NCBI GenBank assembly: GCA_973895155.1
Contig: OZ316899.1
Location: 1,821,573-1,885,572, forward strand
Length of the DNA stretch: 64,000 bases
From: Marsupella aquatica
Taxonomy: Eukaryota; Plantae; Marchantiophyta
Reading direction: 5' to 3'
Below, in pieces: positions 47,051-57,404 of the stretch (its first letter is position 1; each line of letters starts with the position of its first letter). The notes beneath the pieces were generated by a model, which had not been told where the DNA came from, did no database searches, and saw only the letters and a list, made by a program, of their open reading frames with translations. The position numbers and the translations under genes were made by a program.

Positions 47051-50000
47051 GCCAGCAAAATTGCTAGTCTAATGACGCCAACACATTGAGCCACTCACAC
47101 AAGGTAGGGCTCCACGTACAGGCTTCCACATGTGAAAATTCCCACCCGAGGAAGAGTAATAACAAAAAAGTACTACGTAATTCCCGCGTGACAAGAATCA
47201 ACGTGTCATTACTGTCTAGGAAAGGAGGATTAAGGCCGTTTGGACACTAATTAAGTCACTTGCAAGTGAACGGGACAATTACCGTTCGAACCAGAGGCAA
47301 ACCCAAGGCGGCGAACCGTCCACTTAAACAAAGCCAATCACCCAAAAACCACCAGTCTTCCAAAGCATTCTCCCGATCACTTCCACCGCGTCCAACTCAA
47401 GCTCTTTCATTCAGAACTGCTATCAGTGTTCCAAGTTCTCAACGCTCACCAGATCCAATTTAGGTAAGCGCGGTTCTATGGTTCTGAGCTATTTTCAGGG
47501 AATAACTCTCCGACAAGGCATGACATTCATCGTATTTCATCGTGAAAAGTGTTTCCATTTGTTGAATGTTGTTCTTCTTAATCACTGTTTGGGTTTCGTA
47601 AGTGCAGAGAAATGTCAGGGGTTCCAAGCAATCCTCCTCAAGGGAAATGGCAACTTGAGATCCGTCGTTACAACCCGGCGACGGATGGCCCTCTAGAAGA
47701 TGACTCTCCGCCGAAGCAGAAACCCAATGCAGAGACTGTGAAGGTCTCCGCAGATAGCAGTGTCCCAACCGCACTTGGTCAATCTGTTGGATCGTCATCA
47801 TCAGTGAGGAGAACACCGACTCCTCCAAAGTCAGGTCCAGCAAAGTCTTCACCAAAGCCGAAGGTGGATACCACACAGCGCAAGGCCGTATCGAAGAGGA
47901 AGAGGCTTGCAGAAGAGGAGCAATATTGGATTGATAGGGAGATCCATGACTAATGGACCGAGGAACGTCGCCTCTTTGGATTACGATTCTGAGTCAGACA
48001 CTGACTCCAATGCATGGAAGGCGGCCAGCCCCTGAGCGGAGAGTCAGGTTGTGGGTTTACTGAAAATTTTGTAGTTTCAAGCGAATGACATGTCCTCATG
48101 TACTTTCAATATGTATGAGAAGTAAAGTTTGTGTGTTCCTTTCCTTTCTCTGTGTTGCCCTTGAATGACATTTTGTCCATAGTACGTTTATTTGAGCCCC
48201 ACTTTCCTTGAATATATCGTTTATTTGGGAGACACAGATGGACCCTTCCCAGACTAGCGATATCGCTAGTATAGGACTGACTCTACATTTCAGATTAATC
48301 TTCGATGGGTTCATCTTAGATAATCAATTTGGCAGAGTATTACCTCAACAACTTGAGGGAACAATTCCCTCCCAAGAACACATCCTGTCACTGTATAGTA
48401 AACTTTATTGCTCATATTGCATCCTAAACTCCGTTGATCAGACTAGCAATCTCGCTAGCAAAAAACTGGCGTCATTTTGATGATCAAACCCTGAACTACA
48501 TACATCCTTGTCCATAGGTGAACACGGCTGGAAGTCGGACATTTCTGTCCGGATGTTGCAGACTTCCTAAGACTAGAGAGATCGCTAGCCATAAACAACG
48601 AACACAAACACCATATAATATAACATTATGGACCTTGCTAACATTATGGTTCACTCGGTGAAAACAGATTAATGTTTGTGAAACCACAAACTCGAGTAAT
48701 CCATCCCACTACCCTATAATTAGCATCTCCAATAAATGACTAGTCCCCTATCTATAATGGAATTAAACACCTCACTTCCCCAACAGTCAGAATCAGCTGT
48801 TTGACAAGGTCGTCCTTCTCCAGGTTGAGTGAAAACTTGTTTAAATACACCCACAATAGATGTTTACAAGACATGTATGGTTTCCCTCGTGTATGCCTCT
48901 TATAAAAGTCTTCACAAGAACACGAAGGGAAACAACAGATTTGCACCCAATATGTGTGCGGAACTTGTGAATCAGTCTTGTGAGTGGCGATCAAGTATCT
49001 CCAACCCCATCCATTTCCGGTAGTTACCTTCTCATTTCCAACAACTCTCATGTATTCTTGTGTAGCGGAAACGATGCGCTTGAGCAACTCTGGAGTATTG
49101 CTGAAACGCTGACGTGCACCCTTACCATTTTGGGTTTTCAACCGACGGTCCACATTAGTTAGATTGATTTGTTCGGGGAATGAGTTAACATCAATTCATA
49201 GGTTGACCCAATTGGGGGACGGGAACTCCCCAACTTGATTTGCATCCACATAGGACAATCCACTGATCTGGAATCCTAATCCCAACAGAAAATCTATCTC
49301 GGGATGGGAGAGGCAAGTCCCACGCTGAACCTTGAGCGACTCGGGTGGGGGGGGGTAGTTGAGCTAGAGTTCTGCGTCCTCGGCTCTTGTGACACTTATT
49401 GTTAGGACAGAGGTACAACAATTGGCAATGTGGAGATGATAATCGCAACCCGTGAATGGCGACTCCAACAATTCCCCCTTGGGCGGACTTACATCCAGTC
49501 TCCTTCATGAGATTTCTACATTCATCTCTTCCAAAAACGCTTTGATCAACCAACCCATTGCAAACAGGTCCAGCACCTCTACCGCTCCGCCTGAGATGCC
49601 AGGTCCCATAAGGAACATCAACCTCTCGGATGGAAGGGATCCTTTGGGGGGCATCCCGATGGTCATCCCCGACATCACACGAAGGTTGAGTCCCCATCTT
49701 CTCGGTATCATTGACATTACGACTTGCATCATCACCATCGTCATCTGAAATATGGATAACTCCAGCAAAGCAACCTCCGACAAGGGTTGCCAAAGTTGTA
49801 TTCTTTGCTATTTCTGGGTCCGCAAAAGTCTTTGAAACATTGACGAAGCGGAATTCAGGATAGAGATTACGCCTTTTTAGTCCTGAAGGAGAAGCTATTG
49901 TGCGTGACACTTTGTCATGTCTGTGGGAGTCATTCTCATGGATTGTAGTTGAAGCTTTCCCTTTCCTCTTTGTGGATGTTGTTCGGATATTGCCATGTAA

Positions 50001-53000
50001 TGGTACTGTTCTATAGAATTCATACTTAGCTGAAGACTCAAGCAAAAGATTTGCTGCCTTTTCGTAAGCATCCATGGATCCCATAGCATCGGCGTTCCTA
50101 TATGCTAATTCAAAAATGTCGGCCCCTGGCCTCTGTGAACACCTTTACTGTAGGCAGTTAAAAACAGGAATTTTCCCCGCAGCACAATTCTGGTCCACCT
50201 CACATGCTTCAATCAATCCCACTAGTTTCTTCATTTGGTAGGATCTCATGGATGCATGGACTGATTCCGCTCCAGTACAATTTGGCATCAAGGCTGACTC
50301 CATTGCGGTTTGTGTCTGCAAAAAAGTCCCCAGTCAAAAACGGACCTGATATGCTAGCGAGGTCACTAGCAAAAAACAATGACGTCAAAGAGAAAGGAAA
50401 TAGGACACTTACAACGCGGATGAAGTTCCCCCACTGCCTCCACCTCACGACCCACCAAGATATCCATCCTTGGAGAGATTTCAATTTCCCAGCATAGCAA
50501 TTTCCTTCCTTCCACCAACGATGGATTTCGTCAGCAACTCGGTATGCCTGAACATATGTTGGTGCTGTTCTCAGCCTTTCCCATAGTTTATAGTGCTCTC
50601 GATGATGATCTTCCCGAATACCCTCCAATGTGTGACGACGAAGAGATTGAGCAAAGTGAAAGGCGTCACCGTGCTCCTTCTCTGGGTGACGGACACCTCA
50701 AAAAAAACATTCCAAATGGCGATCCATCCAACCTTGGCATTATCGGCAATAAATCCTCCAATGAGTGGGTCATCCACGTCATGATCAGAGGCAACTTCAA
50801 TCATATATCTCCATGCAGTTTCAAGAGACAAGGAGTCCTCCGCACGGAGCTCACAAGTGAAGATGGTACAAAGGGACCTATAATTATGGTCGTACACATG
50901 GGCGCTGAATGTCAGCCACCCAGTGCTTATTCTCCGCATTACATCAGAACTGACCCATGCTCCTTCCAGCTCACCTCCACTCCTCATCTGCCTGAGAATA
51001 TCAACACCAGAACTGGGCCATTGGTACTCATTTTGAAGACATGAGCCCTATCGGTCTTGCTCCCCTGGCTAGGGAAAAGGCACCTCTGAACGTAAGGAAA
51101 ATTATTCCGGGCTTGCATCTCACGAAGAGAATCCAACTCACCTTTTTTTGGGTTATCCATTTTCACGCTCCGGAATATGGCCTGGAATTTCTCAATAGTG
51201 GACACAACCTTCATCGATTCCCAAATCTCTCTCCCTTCTTCTTTCGATAGTTTTGAAGAAGACTCTGGATGCAAAAGAGAAACCAGGTTTCCTATAGACT
51301 TGTTAAGAACATGCCCTGGCGTACACACGGGATTCGCTTTATGAACACCAGAAACTATCTCCTTCGCCTGCTTTTTTGCCAATTGAGATTTCCCTTTCCA
51401 AACAACGTGGTCATGGAAACCCATGTGAACAGCCAATCAAGACATATGTTTTGCAACATTTGACTCAAGAGACGGCTTAGGATAGACGTACAAAAGTTTA
51501 GCCAGACATTCACGGATGCAGAGAGGCCTCTCCTCACAGAATCCGCACACCAACCCTCCTTCCTCCACAAGCTCACCAAGATGAAACGGCTCAGTAAATT
51601 GTCCCTTTCCTTGGAAGGAAGAATCGTTTTTTGAACCGGTGTGCTTCAACTTTCTACAGACCAGATTTTGACATTCAAGTACACTGGCACATCTGGCTTT
51701 TGACACAGACCAGTGGTTGCGAGGTTTGAGATTAGCTGAAGTTGTGAGAAGTCTCGTCCATGGGTAGCCGTCATTATCCCTATCCATGTCCTAAAGACCA
51801 TATCCTCGACAAAATTGACCTTCGACTGGAGGAAGCTCAAAAACGCAGTTCCTGTTGTATGAAGAGTCTGCACTTGAATCTCCTTCCAATTGTTTCCCCT
51901 CCGGAAATTTGCCAACTCGCTTGACCCAGTAATATTGAGGAAGGCATCATATGCACTAACTCAATAAAGAACTGGCTGAGATTGAAACTTGTTTTGACTC
52001 ACTGCTTCAAAAACGGCTTTCTCAAAAGACTTCGTCGACACAGAAGAGAGATCCCAACCCACACTCTCAAAGGAGATGTCGATAATTTTGGGTACTGCAG
52101 GTGACGGGCGAGTTGGCGATTCTGGATCTGAAACATTGATATGTGCAATGTCATCCTTACATGAGACTAGCTCTACAGCTGAACCACACTTCAGGTCCCA
52201 AGCTCTCTCTGGCAATATTCCTGAACCATTATCCGGCACCTCATGACTTCTGGATCCATTCTGAGAGTAAAGAAGGAACAATTTCCAGATGAAATCATCT
52301 TTCAAAAGCCCAAACCTCGATGAGAGGAAAGACTCCTTGATAGAGATAATATTATTCTTCAAAACATCCAGAACAACAACATCACCCGTCTTCTTTCTCT
52401 CGATCACAACCTTCGATCCCAAAGAAGGCATGCTGACAGTTTTGGACATTACAGTCTACAACAATCCTCAAATGTGAGATACTTCGCTCTCTTCTTTCTC
52501 CAAATACATATGAGGAAACGTGCTTGTGTAGGTGTTGGACTCAACGTATTTATTTAATAAATGCCTCTTATTCCCGTTATCTGACCATTATATTGTCTTA
52601 TATGAAACTATTTATGGAATGATAAAGCTAGCAAGATTGCTAGCTCAATCAACCATGTAAAATGGCTCAAAAACATACTAAACAACCTTCACAAGTTCAT
52701 GGATTTAGTGACCATTTTTGGCTAGCGATGTCGCTAGCAAAAATAGTTTCTCGTAAGTGACCATTATGACCGTTTATATCCATTGGAATTGGTCAACGGG
52801 TACCTATATTGTCAATGGTACGGTACCTTTGTCATTAGCTACTTTTATTTCAGTCGTGAGTTAGGTTGTTCGTATTTCAGGAAGTACATGTATACTTGAT
52901 GGTGTCTGCAAAATGATTGCAAGGAGAGTCGTATAGAATATCTGTATCTCTTTTCACGACCGGGCGCTGCATTCAGGTGAAAGCAACAGATGAGGGTACG

Positions 53001-56000
53001 ATTCTATCTTTGACTGGAAGATCGATTCTCGGGGTTCTTTACGTTTGCAAAGCGTGTCGCCCTCGACCTTGACCTGTTCATACCCTTATCACTTCACGGA
53101 CCCCCTGATGGAGCCATTGTCTTCACCCGAGAGCTTGTCATCAATAGGATCGTTCAAGTCAGTCGAGTCAAGCCGAAGGGAGACAAGGTCTACAGTGAAC
53201 AAGAAGGCGCTCCAGGCGGGATTGAAAACACCGAGGAGGCCCAAGATGGTGAACCAAGTAGATGTTGTGAATCCTACGTTTCAACCTGGAGCTTTAGAAC
53301 CCTATTCTGTTGTCATCAATCACCATCTTTTCCCTTTTGGAAATGACAAATTTGGATTCCCCCTCGCTCCTCCGAGGATTCCCCTTTGCAGAATGCAAAA
53401 CATGCAAATCGTTTGGTCCTTGCAAACAATCTTGACTGCGATCGAGACACTCAAGAATGAATTCTGGACGGAGGGATACATCGAGGATGCACCTCGATTT
53501 TACGTACAAATGACCGGCAAAGATGGCCATGTCCAGATGTGCGACGATGGAATTCGGGAGTGGTGGGATGACATGTGGATTCTTTAGAATGAAGAATTTG
53601 AGAGGGAATGTGATTCTCACAAAGCTTTCAAAATTTTGAAAGACAAAATGTTCTGTGTTTTTGATGGAAATAATCATCTCTACTCATGGATGCAGCTTGC
53701 GGACGAGAATCCACATGATGCCAAATATCATCCTCGAGTTGTTTGCCAAATTTTCAAGGGTGACAAGAACTCATTCGTGCAGATTGAGTCGGCGATGCAT
53801 GCGTTGAATAGGTTTGTTTCTTTTCCTTCAAGCAGTGAATTGTATATAAAATTCTATCAGTTCCTCTTGTTAGCAATCTCGCTGACCTGTTTCTTTGGTT
53901 CGGGTTGACTCAATGTCACGTTGAGAATTCTTGGGTCCTTGAAGCAGAGAGAGTCCAGAAGGTGCTCAGCAATGACCTTTCTGTATACAAAGATATCATC
54001 GATGCAGACAACTACAAACTTTTCCAGCAAAAGATGGCAAATATCAGGAAACCGGCTTGATATTCGAAGAACATGACACTCGACGCCTGCACATACATTC
54101 TGTCTGCTGCTAATATTGCAGCGCAGACGGAAGATTTGAAGAAGAAGTTCTAGTTGAAAGAAGCGCAAGGAGAACCTCTTTCAAAAGCTGCGCAAGACAT
54201 GGCTATGAAAGACATGATGAAGGAGCAACTAGCAGATTGGAATGTGAAGGTGCCAAAGATTGGACCTCTCCTGAATCCTGAGTTTGGTGACTTTTTCCAG
54301 AAGTGTGTTGAGATGCACAACTACTGCAAACATGAGAGGAAGGAGGCCCAACGAACAGATAATAAAGGAAGGGGTAATGTGTCACGTGGTCTCGATTGTG
54401 CGAGGCTATTTACGGGTGTCTCTTCGTTGACTCCGCAGCTCAGATGTGTACTACTCGAGGCACAATGCAGACCTGAGCTTTGCAAGAAGTACTTCCACCC
54501 TGGTCAATTCTCGGACAGCGAAACAAAACTTTGGCTTCACCGATGGGCTGTATGGGAGCAGGTCGAGTCAATTTGTTCTTTGCTCATGTCTGAGATTATT
54601 TCAGAGTTGATCCCAATTGTTCCAGATGCAAGGATCCTTACTTCGTCTGAGAAGACAAAGCCATCGCTGATCCTTGACATAGAGGAGGACTTTGAAGATT
54701 TCCAAACGAGAGTGAAATCTCATTTTTTCAAACAGATATGGCCACCAAAGTTGGGTGAGAAGATTGACATCTCACTTTTTTGGAGGAGGGCAAAGAGATA
54801 TACGTATCATTTTTTTGTGGATAGAGAAGTTGCTGACAAAACATATTGGTGGTCCTATCCTGCTTGCTTCTCGCCTTGGATAGCAGGAGTGAAAGAGGAT
54901 CTAACCTCCGTTAAATATGGAGAGTACTCGATGTACCCATGTGAGGGAGTGGAGGCTCCAAGGAAGATGAGTGAGTGGGAAGTCCTTCACTGTCCATGGT
55001 ATTTAGAATCAGACAAATGGGCAGTGACATTTGACACAGCAGAGAAGGCAGCCTTTCATATGATAAATCAAGGCTTGATACCAGAGTCGTACATTACAGA
55101 GTCCAAATTAGCTCCTACAGAAGCCGAGGCTGGCGGATGTGAGGCAATGGAGAAAGCTGTTCTTGGTGTAGCTGCCATTGTCGACCGGAGTAGATCGAGG
55201 AGACCTCGGAAGGTGCCGGTGAAGGACGCATCCAAAGATGGATCAGTCTTGTCTGGGAAGCAAAGTAAGTCTCTTTCTCCCCTTTTTTTCATACCTCAGT
55301 CGGAGTAATTTTGTCTCAGTCACCTGTCTGACATTAACATGTTTTTCAGAGAAGAGAAAGGTTGCAGCCTCTGGGAGTTTGAAGAGTGGGGCGGATGATG
55401 GAGAAGAACCCAAGTCTCCTGATGTTAAGGTCACAACAAAATCTGTTGTGGACCTGGGTTCAATCAAGCGTTTAAAGAGGAAGTGTCATGTCCAAATTCT
55501 CTCCGACTCGGATGAGGAGGAAGCATGCGTCGCTCAAGGAGTAGCACGAATGTGTGGTCTTAAGAAGGACGGTGAGAGGCATTTCTTGGCAAAGAGCAAT
55601 CTCATGGAAACTGCAAACTCAATTAGCCAGAGGAAAGTAAGATCTCCCTAGATGGGCAATGCGGATCAGTGGTTGTCTGGAATGAGCAAATCAAGCGAAC
55701 ATCCAAACCCAGTGATGATCAACGGAAAACATTATGCTGGAATTGGTGCTCACTTGGGTTTCATATTCCTTCCCACGGGTCATCGAACGAGTGTCACAGA
55801 CCGGGAGGTCCCGGAGTGGAATGTTTGGAGTGAGAAATTACCATATTATTTCTTTGGAGTCATGCGTCCGATGCTTGCCGACGATGGTTATGTCGTAGTT
55901 CTTCACAGCTCTGACTATAACCATATGAGGCAAAAAAATTCTGCTGTCGAGCAGAATAACAAATTTAAACATGTCCGACAATATTTGGTTTTGCTTTCAT

Positions 56001-56084
56001 CTCCTTTGTATCAGGCAAATATGGACATCGAGGTAAGATGTCCTCAATATTTTTCGTGCAATTTTTGCTAGCGAGCTCGCTAAC
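47051..56084. repeat. Dispersed 18-bp palindrome RCTAGCRA-NN-TYGCTAGY, 9 copies within the MULE
   Basis: Copies start at 47051, 48253, 48442, 48572, 50353, 52627, 52721, 53869 and 56067; all lie in subterminal, intergenic or intron sequence. Confidence 0.85.
48752..52449 (-). pseudogene. MULE-family transposase: GCM/WRKY-like Zn domain, DDE core, C-terminal SWIM finger; one intron at 50316-50412; several stops and frameshifts
   Basis: Cys/His pattern C..VLECQN..C...LVCGFC...C..EC...HMGFHDH. Core WVSSDVMRR..GWLTFSAHVYD, GFIADN. After splicing the GTAAGT...TGCAG intron, MPNCTGAESVHASM (catalytic Glu motif). SWIM CSCEDF...SCKHLLWVY. Confidence 0.82.
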
Positions 56085-56653
56085 CAAAAGTACCCATTTC
56101 TGACATATTCTCGTTTTCAATTCAGGTAGTTACTCTCATAATGGATGTCTTCTGCAAGGTGGAATTCTGGGCAAAAGTCCCAAAACATACAGGATATGTT
56201 CCAATGACTTCCTCGAAGGATGCCCGCCATAAATTGATGTTGAGTGTTTGCTACCCAAAAACTGATCTTAGCCCCAGGGCGGCTTTTGCAGGTTCCAATA
56301 GATTGTCAGTTAGGTTCATGCAAGCCGTAATGGAGATCCTTACTTTGCCAAAGGACATTGTCATTGATTGGACTGTTGGAGATGGAAGTGCTTTTGCCGC
56401 TGGGGAATACGCTGGGAGATTTGTTGTGGGTGTTGAAGATAGAGACATTCTTCATCTGTGTGCGCAAAACACTTTGGCAAATGTGTTGGATAGACACGCC
56501 CAAAAGTTGAAAGGGGCCGCAGACCCGAAGAACGATGATCCCAATGATGAAGGATCGGATGATGAGTTCACCATCCCAGGAGATGATCAGGGAGGACCTT
56601 CAGACGAGAAGGATGAATCCGACCTGGAGCAAAGCACTTGGCCTTTGATGTAG
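53108..56653 (+). pseudogene. MULE cargo gene (~1,100 codons, 4 exons): ParB-like N-terminal motif plus C-terminal beta-class N4/N6 DNA-methyltransferase-like domain
   Basis: Introns 53812-53903 (acceptor mutated to CGG), 55265-55349 and 56033-56125 join the ORFs in frame. VFDGNNHLYSW resembles the ParB/Srx DGxHR motif. EILTLPKDIVIDWTVGDGSAFAAGEYAGRFVVGVED resembles the MTase motif X-I-II block. In-frame stops at 53585, ~54050, 54151 and 55649. Confidence 0.65.
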
Positions 56654-57363
56654 AATTCCCTATTTGGTGTTTTTCTTTTATTTGTAGAATTTTTGGATGT
56701 GTAGTATTGATCCGATGCTGGTGATTTCTTCAATAATAGGCGTTCGGATTGGTTTTTGGAGGAGAGATTTCGTCTTCAGAAAGAAATCGAGGATCATTTT
56801 CTTGTGACCCCTGAGAAGGGATTTGCGCTTCCTTGCTATGCTGAAAAGACTGCAAAGGAGGTTGATGAAGTGCCCGTCATTTTGACTTGGGAGGGGAAAG
56901 GTCTGCGGTCAGTGAGGGGTGCTCGGAAAGCCCTTTACTGCCCTCAGTTCATAGATGATGAGGCTGGGACTGTAGCACAATATGTTGACAATTCGGCTGA
57001 GGAGACTGATAGGGAGTCGAGTAGCAATCCTAGTAATTCCTCAGATGATTTGGAATCAGAGGATTCTCAATGACTCATGGTCAATTTCAGATGCAATCTC
57101 ATTCCAGAAGATATTTGTCATACCAAAGCTTTATTAAAGATGGATTGTGAAAGGTTTTTTGACCTGGTTTTGTTGATAGTGATGATGCCTTTTCATTCAG
57201 TTCAGTGTAGTGAAGATCTTGATTTTTTTGTTTGTGAATATTTAAGTATCTGCATTTCCCTTTTTTGATACTGTTTCACAGTATATATCGACAATCTTAC
57301 TTGGGAATCTGCCTTAACTACCCTAAAGTTAGGCACAAACTTGCCTCGCTAGCCTGCTGTCCT

Positions 57364-57404
57364 TGCTAGCAAAACTCCTATTTGCTTGCACAATAGAATA
57401 CCTC
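57364..57404 (-). repeat. MULE right terminal inverted repeat
   Basis: Its reverse complement aligns with 46830-46874; abuts the TSD at 57405. Confidence 0.8.

Larger units (their letters stand above)
46830..57404. mobile_element. Mutator-like DNA transposon (MULE), 10,575 bp, with a divergent cargo gene
   Basis: Perfect 9-bp TSD TAGGGAAAT (46821-46829 and 57405-57413; single copy in the empty site at 37055-37063). Imperfect ~41-44-bp TIRs starting with G. Encodes a MULE-type DDE transposase with a SWIM finger. Confidence 0.92.

Noticed and set aside
55652-56653. Confident call as an active DNA methyltransferase
   Set aside because: The DPPY and FxGxG motifs are degenerate and the gene has upstream stops; it is reported only as MTase-like, pending a fold search.
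46830-57404. Bacterial contamination or a prophage to explain the methyltransferase-like gene
   Set aside because: The gene has GT-AG introns, lies between TIRs with a 9-bp TSD, and interrupts a plant retrotransposon LTR whose empty site is in the same window.
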